Assembly (NCBI GenBank): GCA_977020255.1
Contig: CDROCS010006706.1
Location: forward strand, 1 to 64,000
Direction of reading: 5' to 3'
Source of the DNA: Obrimoposthia wandeli
Lineage: Eukaryota
DNA length: 64,000 nt
In this document: positions 20,217 to 31,305 of the stretch, in pieces
Layout: each line of letters starts with the position of its first letter
Position numbering within the stretch: the first letter of the stretch is position 1
Made by a program: the position numbers and the translations under genes
The notes under the pieces: generated by a model
What the model saw: the letters and a program-made list of their open reading frames with translations, nothing else
What the model was told of the DNA's origin: nothing
Databases searched by the model: none

Positions 20217-20467
20217 TTAAAATTGTTTATTTTGCCAGTATTCGTGAGCAGCTAGGTTTAGCGAGTGAATCTATTGAACTGCCAATGCAAGTATCAACCA
20301 TTGCAGAATTATCTACTTGGCTGCAGGGAGAACGCGGTGAAAAATGGGAGAAAGCACTCTCTAATCCAAGTACCTTGATAGCGTTAAATCAAGAAATGGT
20401 TAATGCTCAAGAAGTGGTAAAATCGGGGGATGAAATTGCATTTTTTCCTCCTGTTACCGGTGGTTAG
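20213..20467 (+). CDS. moaD: Molybdopterin synthase sulfur carrier
   Basis: IVYFASIRE...[12 protein letters not shown] (C-terminal GG). Confidence 0.95.
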   Translation: MIKIVYFASIREQLGLASESIELPMQVSTIAELSTWLQGERGEKWEKALSNPSTLIALNQEMVNAQEVVKSGDEIAFFPPVTGG

Positions 20468-20504
20468 TTACTTTAGTAATGTCATGCAATATTAGGATAT
20501 AGAT

Positions 20505-21233
20505 GTGAGTAAAGTGATTAATTTTATACGCGCTATTATTTACTATAGCGCTTTTTATCTAGCGACTATAATACATGGTATCGCTTGCGTCGTAGTTGCA
20601 AGAGGGATGCCTTTTAACAAGCGCTTTCGTTTCGTCACCAGTTTAAATTTTTTCTATGTGTTTTTGATTCGCTGGTGCTGCGGTATTAAAGTCGTTGTAG
20701 AAGGGTATGAAAACTTACCTAAAGAAGGTGGTTATGTCGTTATTTCCAATCACCAAAGCGAATGGGAAACGATATTCTTTCAAACTTTAATACGGCCTCA
20801 CAGTATTGTATTAAAGCAAGAGTTACTTAAGATTCCCTTTTTTGGTTGGGCGTTAGCATTGCTTGACCCAATTGCCTTGGATAGAAGTCAAAAACGTGGC
20901 GCTTTAAAGCAGTTGTTAGGCCAAGGTAAAGAACGGTTAGAGCGCGGTGTACCAGTGATTATATTTCCACAAGGAACGCGGTTAGCAACTGGTGAAGTCG
21001 GGGTGTTTAATAAAGGAGGCGCCATGCTAGCGGCGAGTGCCGAGGTGCCTTTAGTGCCAATGGCACACAATGCAGGTGTTTTTTGGCCTGGAAAAAGCCT
21101 ATTAAAAAAGCCTGGTACAATAACGCTGCGTATTGGAGAGCCGATTGCCACAGTAGATCGCACAGTAAGCGATATTCATGATGAATCTGTTACTTGGGTA
21201 AAGGGGCAGATGGAAGTGCTGGATAAAGCTTAA
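20505..21233 (+). CDS. plsC: Lysophospholipid (1-acyl-G3P) acyltransferase
   Basis: SNHQSEWET, LKQELL.IPFFGW, IFPQGTR. Confidence 0.88.
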   Translation: MSKVINFIRAIIYYSAFYLATIIHGIACVVVARGMPFNKRFRFVTSLNFFYVFLIRWCCGIKVVVEGYENLPKEGGYVVISNHQSEWETIFFQTLIRPHSIVLKQELLKIPFFGWALALLDPIALDRSQKRGALKQLLGQGKERLERGVPVIIFPQGTRLATGEVGVFNKGGAMLAASAEVPLVPMAHNAGVFWPGKSLLKKPGTITLRIGEPIATVDRTVSDIHDESVTWVKGQMEVLDKA

Positions 21234-21441
21234 AAGGTATTGTTGAGGGAGGTGTGAGATTAGAGCTTCCAGGCGGCTGCCTCTAGCGTATGCTATAGGG
21301 AAAAGCTATCAGAATATGTGACGATAGCTGCCGATGAAACAAGTGCGCTCTTTAGCTTTGGTTGTGGCTTGGAGTTAGTCTATTTAAATAATAGAGTGAT
21401 CTAGTTGAGGTTTAGGATGGTAATATCAAAAAATCAGACAT

Positions 21442-21470
21442 AAAAAAGCCTCACAACTGAGGCTTTTTTT
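21442..21470. terminator. Bidirectional intrinsic terminator (fabB / plsC)
   Basis: AAAAAAGCCTCA-caac-TGAGGCTTTTTTT. Confidence 0.88.
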
Positions 21471-21497
21471 CTTTATAAGTACCAACTTTGAAGCGAG

Positions 21498-22712
21498 TTA
21501 TACTTTTTGGAAGACAAGTGTTGAGTTAGTGCCGCCAAAGCCGAAGCTATTTGACATCACACGCTGTAAGTCAACGTTATCTATACGCTCTTGAGCAATA
21601 GGTAAGCCCGCTGCTTCAGGATCTAATTCTTCAATATTTGCCGATGCACATATAAAGTCATTTTGTTGCATAAGTAAGCAATAAATAGCTTCTTGTACAC
21701 CTGTGGCACCTAGTGAATGCCCTGTTAGCGACTTAGTAGAGCTCACTGGAGGTAGTTTGTCGCCAAAGGTCTGTTTCATAGCCTTGAGTTCTTGAAGATC
21801 ACCAGCGGGCGTTGAGGTGCCGTGTGAGTTGATGTAGTCAATATCACCATCAACAGTGCTCATAGCTTGTTGCATGCAGCGCATAGCGCCTTCACCTGAT
21901 GGAGCAACCATGTCATAGCCATCTGAAGTTGCGCCGTAGCCAACAAGTTCTGCATAAATTTTCGCGCCGCGCGCTTTAGCGTGTTCGTATTCTTCGATAA
22001 CTAACATGCCACCACCGCCGGCAATGACGAAACCATCACGGTTAGCATCGTATGCGCGAGAAGCTTTTTCAGGCGTGTCATTGTACTTGGTAGATAGTGC
22101 ACCCATTGCATCAAACATAACACTGAGTGACCAATGTAGTTCTTCTCCGCCGCCGGCAAAAACAATATCTTGCTTGCCGAGTTGGATTTGTTCCATTGCA
22201 TTGCCAATGCAGTGCGCACTGGTGGCGCAAGCAGAAGTAATAGAGTAATTTACGCCTTTGATTTTAAAAGGAGTTGCCAAACAAGCAGAAACGGTACTGC
22301 CCATAGTGCGAGTTACACGATAAGGGCCAACACGCTTAACGCCTTTTTCACGTAAAATATCTGCAGCTTCGATAATGTCAGCAGAAGATGCGCCGCCAGA
22401 GCCAGCGATTAAGCCTGTACGAACGTTCGAAACTTGATCTTCGCTCAAGCCTGCATCTGCAATTGCTTGTTGCATCGCGACATAAGAGTAAGCCGCAGCA
22501 TTCCCCATGAAACGACGTAACTTTCTGTCAATTAGTGCTTCAATATCGAAATCTTCAATACTGCCCGCAACATGGCTGCGAAAGCCCATCTCTTTGTATT
22601 CTTCTTGAAACCTGATACCAGAGCGACCCGTTTTTAGTGACTCTAATACTGTATCTGTATCTTTGCCTATGCAAGATACGATGCCCATGCCTGTAACAAC
22701 AACACGCTTCAT
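21498..22712 (-). CDS. fabB: 3-oxoacyl-ACP synthase I
   Basis: [31 protein letters not shown]. Confidence 0.96.
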   Translation of the reverse strand: MKRVVVTGMGIVSCIGKDTDTVLESLKTGRSGIRFQEEYKEMGFRSHVAGSIEDFDIEALIDRKLRRFMGNAAAYSYVAMQQAIADAGLSEDQVSNVRTGLIAGSGGASSADIIEAADILREKGVKRVGPYRVTRTMGSTVSACLATPFKIKGVNYSITSACATSAHCIGNAMEQIQLGKQDIVFAGGGEELHWSLSVMFDAMGALSTKYNDTPEKASRAYDANRDGFVIAGGGGMLVIEEYEHAKARGAKIYAELVGYGATSDGYDMVAPSGEGAMRCMQQAMSTVDGDIDYINSHGTSTPAGDLQELKAMKQTFGDKLPPVSSTKSLTGHSLGATGVQEAIYCLLMQQNDFICASANIEELDPEAAGLPIAQERIDNVDLQRVMSNSFGFGGTNSTLVFQKV

Positions 22713-22748
22713 TGGGTATCTCCTTTAAATCGTTGAGAAAAATATGAC

Positions 22749-23264
22749 TTAAAAATCATCAGTGGATTGAAATAACCCAACTTTAAGGTCAGTTGCAGTG
22801 TAAATTTCTTTACCATCAACATACATGCTGGCATCTGCAATGCCCATCACTAGTTTGCGTTCTATCAAGCGTTTAATAGTGATTTTATAGGTAACTTTTT
22901 TTGCGGTAGGCAGTACTTGGCCAAAAAATTTAACCCCGCCTGCTCCAAGAGCCCGCCCTTTTCCAAGGTTGCCTTTCCAGCCTAAGAAAAAACCAACCAA
23001 CTGCCACATTGCATCTAAGCCTAAGCAACCAGGCATAACAGGGTCTGTTGGGAAGTGGCAATCAAAGAACCAAAGATCAGGGTTTATATCTAATTCGGCA
23101 ATAACTTCACCCTTACCAAATTCACCGCCATCAGCAGTGATAGAAGTAATACGGTCCATCATTAACATATTGCCTACTGGAAGACGGGCGTTGCCAAGGC
23201 CAAACATCTCACCATTGCCACAGCTTAGTAGCTCATCGCGATTTAATGTAGAAGGTCTAGTCAT
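22749..23264 (-). CDS. fabA: 3-hydroxydecanoyl-ACP dehydratase/isomerase
   Basis: [25 protein letters not shown]; start probably ATG 23264. Confidence 0.96.
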   Translation of the reverse strand: MTRPSTLNRDELLSCGNGEMFGLGNARLPVGNMLMMDRITSITADGGEFGKGEVIAELDINPDLWFFDCHFPTDPVMPGCLGLDAMWQLVGFFLGWKGNLGKGRALGAGGVKFFGQVLPTAKKVTYKITIKRLIERKLVMGIADASMYVDGKEIYTATDLKVGLFQSTDDF

Positions 23265-23554
23265 GTGAAATACAGTTCTCATTTTTAGAAATATCGGCAG
23301 ATTATACCCATTGTATTGTGTTTAAACATCACTTACCCGAGAAAAAAGCTTGATCTGTGTTAGTTTGTCCAAGAAAATAAAAAATTAATGATATATATCA
23401 GTTATTTAAATTTTTGTTAAGGTGGCGTGGTGTTTGTTGGTTTGCATTGGTCTTAGTGATTTAGAGGCGACAAAAGCTAATATAGCAGGCGTAAAGGAAG
23501 AAAAAAGCGCCATTGATATATCAGCGCTTTTAAAAAAAGTTTAGTAGGGGCGAG

Positions 23555-24535
23555 TTAGGATTTTCTGTCGACAGCGATTTTTGCTAAAGTGATTAACGTT
23601 TCTTTAAAACTCGAGTCCTGTATAGCGGCTAAGCTTTCAATGGCAAGTTGGGAGTGCTCTATTGCTTTATCTTGAGTATATGTAATGGCATTGGTAGCAC
23701 TGATTGCAGACAGTACTGGCGCTAAGTCGTCAAGGCCGCCTTCGCGAATAGCGCGTCGAATAAGTTTCCTGTTTTGTGCGTCTGTCTCTTTCATTGCTTG
23801 AATTAGTGGTAGGGTTGCCTTGCCTTCCGCAAGATCATCTCCGGTATTTTTACCCATTTCAGCTGCGTTGGATAAATAATCCATAACGTCATCAATTAAT
23901 TGAAAAGCAATGCCTAAGTGGCGCCCATAGTGTTGTAGTGCATGCTGCTCTTGTTCATTGGCGTCAGCTAAAATAGCGCCTGTTTGGGTAGCCGCTTCGA
24001 ATAACATCGCTGTTTTGCCGATGATAACTTGCATATATTCTTCTTCGGTTAAATCAGGATTGCGACAATTTAGTAGCTGTAAAACTTCGCCTTCAGCTAT
24101 TACATTGGTGGCATTTGAAATAACGCTCATTATTTCCAGCTTGCCAATATCTGTCATTACTTGGAAAGCGCGAGAATAGAGGAAGTCTCCTACTAATACG
24201 CTAGGTGCGTTGCCCCACTTGGCGTTGGCAGTGTCTTTGCCACGGCGTAGATCTGAATTGTCGACAACGTCATCGTGAAGCAAGGTTGCTGTATGGATAA
24301 ACTCAATAATGGCAGCGAGTTTAATGTGATCAGTTTGGTCGGCAGTTTTAGGGTACCGGCAAGCATTCGCAGCTAATAGCACCAATATTGGGCGAAAGCG
24401 TTTGCCGCCACTTTGTACTATATAGTGACCTATCTTTTCGACTAAAGGTACGTTTGAGCCCAAGTGATCAATGATAAACTCATTAACTTGTGAAAACTGT
24501 TGTTCTATCTGTGGATTAAGCTGATGTGGCTGCAT
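23555..24535 (-). CDS. ispB: Octaprenyl-diphosphate synthase
   Basis: SGGKRFRP, HDDVVD, FQLIDDVMD; divergent from rplU. Confidence 0.95.
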   Translation of the reverse strand: MQPHQLNPQIEQQFSQVNEFIIDHLGSNVPLVEKIGHYIVQSGGKRFRPILVLLAANACRYPKTADQTDHIKLAAIIEFIHTATLLHDDVVDNSDLRRGKDTANAKWGNAPSVLVGDFLYSRAFQVMTDIGKLEIMSVISNATNVIAEGEVLQLLNCRNPDLTEEEYMQVIIGKTAMLFEAATQTGAILADANEQEQHALQHYGRHLGIAFQLIDDVMDYLSNAAEMGKNTGDDLAEGKATLPLIQAMKETDAQNRKLIRRAIREGGLDDLAPVLSAISATNAITYTQDKAIEHSQLAIESLAAIQDSSFKETLITLAKIAVDRKS

Positions 24536-24883
24536 AAATGATATTCAATGTTTTATTAGTTATGCGAATGCTAGGGTGTGGCTAAGTTTCTGTCAAGTAG
24601 GTAAAAGCAAGCAATCAATAAATTGCATTACTAAAGATACAAAGTGCGAGTGTTTATTCGAAGAATATGCATCAACAGGTTGTAATGGTTTTAAATATAA
24701 GTGGTTATAAAGGTGCTGGAAGGTAAGTATTGCGTTGAAATAAAAACTTGAGCTTTACTCGATTTTGCTATAGTATTTCGCGCCCTAAGCTTGTCCAACC
24801 TTTAGCTCCCTGTTATATGGCATGTGCCAATAGAAGCAGGTTTCAATTTAGTAGCCGGATAAGCATAAACTGGAGAGAGAATA

Positions 24884-25195
24884 ATGTTTGCAGTAATTGT
24901 AAGCGGCGGTAAGCAGTACCGTGTAGAAGAAGGCTATACTCTTAAGCTAGAGAAATTAGCGGTAGAAGCTGGATCAACTATCGATTTTGACCGTATTTTA
25001 ATGGTTGGAAACGATGGCGATGTAAAAGTTGGCGAACCAACTGTAAGCGGTGCGAAGGTTACTGCTGAAGTAGTTAGTCATGGTCGTGGTGAGAAAATTA
25101 GTATCATCAAGTTCCGTCGTCGTAAGCACTCAATGACACGTCAGGGTCACCGTCAATGGTATACTGAAGTCAAAATCACAGGCATCAGCGTTTAA
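24884..25195 (+). CDS. rplU: 50S ribosomal protein L21
   Basis: [14 protein letters not shown]...QGHRQWYT. Confidence 0.98.
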   Translation: MFAVIVSGGKQYRVEEGYTLKLEKLAVEAGSTIDFDRILMVGNDGDVKVGEPTVSGAKVTAEVVSHGRGEKISIIKFRRRKHSMTRQGHRQWYTEVKITGISV

Positions 25196-25218
25196 GCTGG
25201 TCGAATAGGAGATAACTC

Positions 25219-25476
25219 ATGGCTCATAAGAAAGCTGGTGGTTCTACTAAGAACGGTCGCGACTCCAATGCCAAGCGCTTAGGTGTTAAGCGCTTCGGTG
25301 GTCAGGTAGTTTCGGCTGGAAGCATCCTTGTTCGTCAGCGCGGAACTAGATTCCACGCAGGTGTTAACGTAGGTTGTGGTAAAGATCACACTCTTTTCGC
25401 TAAGGCGGATGGTGTTGTTAAATTTGAAGTTAAAGGCCCGAAAAACCGTAAATACATTACTATTGTAGCTGCGTAA
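25219..25476 (+). CDS. rpmA: 50S ribosomal protein L27
   Basis: [16 protein letters not shown]. Confidence 0.98.
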   Translation: MAHKKAGGSTKNGRDSNAKRLGVKRFGGQVVSAGSILVRQRGTRFHAGVNVGCGKDHTLFAKADGVVKFEVKGPKNRKYITIVAA

Positions 25477-25491
25477 TCGGTGTTTTTAGTT

Positions 25492-25524
25492 AAAAAAGGC
25501 TCCGCTTAGCGGGGCTTTTTTTTT
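25492..25524 (+). terminator. Intrinsic terminator after rpmA
   Basis: AAAAAAGGCTCCGC-tta-GCGGGGCTTTTTTTTT. Confidence 0.85.
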
Positions 25525-25637
25525 GGCTGTATGTTTTGATGCAATGTGATTTAATGGTCTCTTTGTTGATTGCTAGCGTAAAAAGTAAGTCTTGTGTTTA
25601 TAGTCGATTGCAATTGATGATTGTAATGTGAGTATGA

Positions 25638-26909
<1,272 letters not shown>

Positions 26910-26919
26910 GGAGCTTTAA

Positions 26920-28044
26920 GTGGCAGCTGATCGTGCGGTATTAAAGGACTCTCGTAGATGGGTGGTTAAAATAGGCAGTGCGTTATTAACGGATGATGGT
27001 AAAGGGCTAGATCATCAGGCTATTGCTCGTTGGGTTGATCAGCTGATTTTGCTTAAAAAACAGGGGATAGAGGTAGTGCTTGTATCCTCTGGCTCGATCG
27101 CTGAGGGAATGACGCGTTTGGGCTGGAAGAAAAGGCCGGCGCAAGTATATCGATTACAAGCTGCTGCTGCAGTGGGGCAAATGGGCCTGGTACAAGTGTA
27201 CGAGCAGAATTTTCAGCGTCATGCTACGCAAACTGCACAAATTCTGCTGACGCACGAAGATTTCTCGGATCGTAAGCGTTATTTAAATGCGCGTGGAACC
27301 TTGTCTACATTATTAGATTTAGGCGTGGTGCCGGTCGTTAATGAAAACGATACCGTTATTACTGATGAAATCAAATTTGGCGATAACGATACGCTGGCCG
27401 CTTTAGTGGCGAATTTAATTGATGCTGAAGTGGTGGTTTTGCTAACTGATCAGTTGGGCTTGTTTACTGCGGACCCTAGATCGAATCCTGATGCTAAGCT
27501 GATCTCCAAAGCGAAAGCGGATGATCCAATGATTGCGGCCGTTGCGGGTGATGGTGGCGCTCTAGGCAGTGGCGGTATGGCAACTAAGGTGCGTTCATCT
27601 AAGTTGGCGGCGCGCTCTGGCACGGTGACGGTGATTGCAAGTGGTCGAGTTGATAATGTGCTGTTGAAGATTCGAGCGGGAGAAAATGTAGGTACTTTGA
27701 TAATACCTTCTAGTTCGCCTGTAGCGGCGCGTAAGCAGTGGCTGGCAGGGCATTTGCAGGTCAGGGGTACGGTAGTGGTCGATCAGGGTGCTGTGGCTGC
27801 TATGCGCGAAAGAGGTAAGAGTTTGTTGCCTGCAGGTGTTAAGTCTGTACAAGGCGATTTTTCTAGAGGTGAAATGGTGCTGATAGTTGATGAGCAAGCG
27901 TGTGAATTGGCGCGTGGGCTAGTTAATTATAGTGCAAGTAATGCGCGAGCTATTGCAGGGCTGCCGAGCAGTCAGATTCAATCGGCTATTGGTTTCGTTA
28001 ACGAAGATGAATTAGTGCATCGAGATAACTTGGCCCTTAGCTAG
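26920..28044 (+). CDS. proB: Glutamate 5-kinase
   Basis: [31 protein letters not shown] domain. Confidence 0.96.
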   Translation: MAADRAVLKDSRRWVVKIGSALLTDDGKGLDHQAIARWVDQLILLKKQGIEVVLVSSGSIAEGMTRLGWKKRPAQVYRLQAAAAVGQMGLVQVYEQNFQRHATQTAQILLTHEDFSDRKRYLNARGTLSTLLDLGVVPVVNENDTVITDEIKFGDNDTLAALVANLIDAEVVVLLTDQLGLFTADPRSNPDAKLISKAKADDPMIAAVAGDGGALGSGGMATKVRSSKLAARSGTVTVIASGRVDNVLLKIRAGENVGTLIIPSSSPVAARKQWLAGHLQVRGTVVVDQGAVAAMRERGKSLLPAGVKSVQGDFSRGEMVLIVDEQACELARGLVNYSASNARAIAGLPSSQIQSAIGFVNEDELVHRDNLALS

Positions 28045-28101
28045 TTAGCTAAAGAGTTGTTTTGTGTTTGCTATGGGTTTGTTATAAGAGATTATTAAAG
28101 G

Positions 28102-28135
28102 CATAAAAAAACCAGCAAAAGCTGGTTTTTTTATG
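28102..28135. terminator. Bidirectional terminator proB / rpsT
   Basis: CATAAAAAAACCAGC-aaaa-GCTGGTTTTTTTATG. Confidence 0.88.
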
Positions 28136-28171
28136 TCAATTAAATAGCAGTGATGCTATTTAATCTAGATC

Positions 28172-28435
28172 TTAAGCAAGTGCTTTGATCTTAATGTTCA
28201 TTCTGCTTTTAACGCGAGCAATCTTATTTTTAGTAAAGATGCCTTTGTTTACAGATGCGTCTAAAACAGGTTGCGCAGTTTTGAAGGTTTCAATCGCGAC
28301 AGCTTTGTCGCCAGCTTCAATTGCTGCTAAAACTTTTTTCATATATGTACGAGCCATAGAGCGAAAGCTAGCGTTGTGTTGACGACGCTTTTCCGCTTGA
28401 CGGGCACGTTTTTTTGATCCTGCGGAATTCGCCAT
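28172..28435 (-). CDS. rpsT: 30S ribosomal protein S20
   Basis: [23 protein letters not shown]. Confidence 0.97.
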   Translation of the reverse strand: MANSAGSKKRARQAEKRRQHNASFRSMARTYMKKVLAAIEAGDKAVAIETFKTAQPVLDASVNKGIFTKNKIARVKSRMNIKIKALA

Positions 28436-28594
28436 GATCTGCTCCTGAGAAGTATGTTTCGGAAAAGCCAGATGCTTTGCCGTAAATTAAGAGGCGGGAT
28501 TATTCATTTTTATTGGTTAGATGTCAATAAGAACAAGATATTTTATGCAACAACGAGTAATATTTCTGCCCAAATTCACAAATAAGGCAAAGAA

Positions 28595-30214
28595 GTGGAA
28601 AAAAAGGCTGGAAAAAGCGTTGAAGAAGGATCTTCGGAAATACCACCGTTAGCAAAAATTCAGCCTAAGAATACTCCGGGCAAGAGTTTGTTGCGCTCGA
28701 GTTTAGTGGTTGGATCAATGACCATGCTTTCGCGTGTGCTCGGCTTGGTTCGAGATGTGGTTATCGCTAATTTTTTTGGTGCCTCTGAATCAGCTGATGC
28801 TTTTTTTGTCGCGTTTAAAATCCCCAATTTTTTGCGTAGGTTGTTTGCAGAGGGCGCTTTTTCTCAGGCATTTGTGCCAGTGCTAAGTGAGTACCGAACA
28901 AAACGCGATTTATTGGCGGTGCAGAATTTAGTGAATAGAGTGGCTGGTTGCCTGGGCCTTATCTTGCTAGTTATCACGATAATAGCAGTATTGGCAGCGC
29001 CTTATCTCACCGCTTTATTCGCTCCGGGGTTTTATTTGCACGCGCAGCAAAAGTTTGACTTGGCTTCTCAAATGCTAGCAATAACTTTTCCATATCTGAT
29101 GCTGATTTCACTGACGGCTTTCGCTGGTGCTATTTTAAATAGTTACGAGCATTTTATTGTGCCAGCTTTTACGCCGGTGCTGTTGAATGTTTGCTTGATC
29201 GGCTCTGCTTTGTTCTTAAGTCCCTATTTTGAGCAGCCAGTGGTTTCGCTCGCCTGGGGTGTTTTGATGGCAGGCGTGGTGCAGTTGCTCTTTCAAGTGC
29301 CTTTTTTGATGCGTATGAAATTGTTGCCAAAGCCGGTGATTGATTGGCAGGATGAAGGCGTGAAAAGAATACTCACGCTAATGTTGCCTGCTATTTTCGG
29401 AGTATCAGTTGCGCAAATAAATTTATTGCTAGATACCGTGCTGGCAACATTCTTGAAAACAGGCAGCGTTTCTTGGTTGTACTATTCTGATCGATTAGTC
29501 GAGCTGCCTCTGGGTGTTTTCGCTATCGCTATTTCTACTGTTATCTTGCCCAGTTTATCTCGCAAAAATGCCAGTGCTTCTGTCGATGAGTTTGCAGTCA
29601 CTTTAGATTGGGCGCTACGCATGGTTTTATTAATAGGACTGCCCTCAGCCTTGGCCCTTTTCTTCTTAGCAGAGCCTTTGCTAGCGACGCTGTTCGGTTA
29701 TGGGACGATGACAACAACAGATGTATTGCAGGCAGGACAAAGTTTACGGGCATATTCGTGTGGGCTATTGGCTTTCATGTTGATCAAAGTGCTCGCGCCA
29801 GGGTATTTTGCGCGCCAAGATATGAAAACACCGGTTAAAATTGCGATTCAGGCAATGGTCGCAAATATGGTGTTTAATCTATTGTTGATATATCCATTTG
29901 AGCACGTAGGTTTAGCGGCAGCAACCGCGATGTCAGCATTTTTGAATGCTGGGTTATTGCTATATGGCCTGTTAAAGATAGGAGTGTTCAAGTGGCAAAA
30001 AGGCTGGATGTTAATGTTGTTTAGGCTGGCAAGCGCTTGTGTGGTACTAGTGTTGTCAATAGTGCTACTCGATGTTGAGTTACAGCAATGGCTCGATTGG
30101 AATGTATGGCAGCGTGTAATGCGTATGAGCTTTATGGTGCTTGTAGGAGCGAGCAGTTACCTGTTTGTATTATTTGCATTAGGGCTCAGAAAAAGGCATA
30201 TATCGGCACTGTAA
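28595..30214 (+). CDS. murJ: Lipid II flippase
   Basis: SRVLGLVRD, FRRLFAEGAFSQAFVP, LYYSDRLVELPLG. Confidence 0.96.
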   Translation: MEKKAGKSVEEGSSEIPPLAKIQPKNTPGKSLLRSSLVVGSMTMLSRVLGLVRDVVIANFFGASESADAFFVAFKIPNFLRRLFAEGAFSQAFVPVLSEYRTKRDLLAVQNLVNRVAGCLGLILLVITIIAVLAAPYLTALFAPGFYLHAQQKFDLASQMLAITFPYLMLISLTAFAGAILNSYEHFIVPAFTPVLLNVCLIGSALFLSPYFEQPVVSLAWGVLMAGVVQLLFQVPFLMRMKLLPKPVIDWQDEGVKRILTLMLPAIFGVSVAQINLLLDTVLATFLKTGSVSWLYYSDRLVELPLGVFAIAISTVILPSLSRKNASASVDEFAVTLDWALRMVLLIGLPSALALFFLAEPLLATLFGYGTMTTTDVLQAGQSLRAYSCGLLAFMLIKVLAPGYFARQDMKTPVKIAIQAMVANMVFNLLLIYPFEHVGLAAATAMSAFLNAGLLLYGLLKIGVFKWQKGWMLMLFRLASACVVLVLSIVLLDVELQQWLDWNVWQRVMRMSFMVLVGASSYLFVLFALGLRKRHISAL

Positions 30215-30351
30215 AGCGCTGTTTTAATGTCGCTGTGCTAAAAGGTGTTTTTAATAAGCGTTTATTTGTAGCTTTAGTGATTGCAGTTGTACCAGAAACA
30301 TAATATCTGGGCTATAATCATGCGCTTTTGTGGTAGATGTAATAGCGATTG

Positions 30352-31287
30352 ATGGAATTAATACGTTCGATTCATAATTTGCGGGCCAAACATTTAGGTT
30401 GTGTCGCCACTATCGGTAAATTTGATGGTGTGCACTTAGGTCACAAGCAAATTTTAGCGCAACTTAAAGCCAAAGCAGCTGCTTTAGGCTTGCCATCGCT
30501 TGTCATATTGTTTGAACCGCATCCTGCAGAATATTTTGCTCAAGACAAAGCGCCGGCACGTTTAAATACCCTAGCGGCAAAATTAGAGTATTTATCACAA
30601 CAGCAAATAGACAGAGTACTGTGCTTAAGTTTTAACGCTAAGCTATCAGCGATGAGTGCAGAGCAGTTTATTAGCGAGTTACTAGTTGAAAAACTCGCGA
30701 TAAAGCACTTTGTAGTGGGCGATGATTTTAAGTTTGGTCGCGGTCGCAGTGGCAATTTTCAATTACTTGAACAACAAGGTAAAGCTTGCGGTTTTAGTGT
30801 GGAAAATACCATCACTTTTACTTTGAATAACGAGCGAGTGAGTAGTACTAAAATACGTAAACTACTCGCTGAGCATGATTTTTCACAAGCGGCATCAATA
30901 ATGGGGCGCGCGTACAGCATCAAAGGTAGAGTGATACACGGTCAAAAACTCGCCAGAACTTTAGGTGTGCCGACGGCTAACATCAAAACTAGCCGCTACA
31001 ATTTACCGCTCAAAGGCGCTTTTGCGGTGCTAGCAACGACCGAATCTGGTGCGGTTCACCAAGGTGTCGCTAATATCGGCAAACGACCGACCGTTGACGG
31101 GACTCGCTCAGTACTTGAAGTACACATTTTTGATTTTGATGCAGACATATATGGGCAAAAGCTTAATGTTGAATTCAAAGAGTTTTTACGCGCAGAGCAA
31201 AAATTTGCTGATTTAGATCAGCTTAAACACGCAATTTTTAATGATATAGATGTGGCGAAGAAATACTTCGCCGCACAGAACCAGTAA
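30352..31287 (+). CDS. ribF: Bifunctional riboflavin kinase / FAD synthetase
   Basis: IGKFDGVHLGH, VSSTKIR, GVPTANI, LEVHIFDF. Confidence 0.96.
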   Translation: MELIRSIHNLRAKHLGCVATIGKFDGVHLGHKQILAQLKAKAAALGLPSLVILFEPHPAEYFAQDKAPARLNTLAAKLEYLSQQQIDRVLCLSFNAKLSAMSAEQFISELLVEKLAIKHFVVGDDFKFGRGRSGNFQLLEQQGKACGFSVENTITFTLNNERVSSTKIRKLLAEHDFSQAASIMGRAYSIKGRVIHGQKLARTLGVPTANIKTSRYNLPLKGAFAVLATTESGAVHQGVANIGKRPTVDGTRSVLEVHIFDFDADIYGQKLNVEFKEFLRAEQKFADLDQLKHAIFNDIDVAKKYFAAQNQ

Positions 31288-31305
31288 TGGGTATGGAATA
31301 CAGCA

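Noticed and set aside
23503-23514. TTGATATATCAG near the ispB end as an FNR box
   Set aside because: Spacer is 2 nt instead of 4, and the site is downstream of a gene
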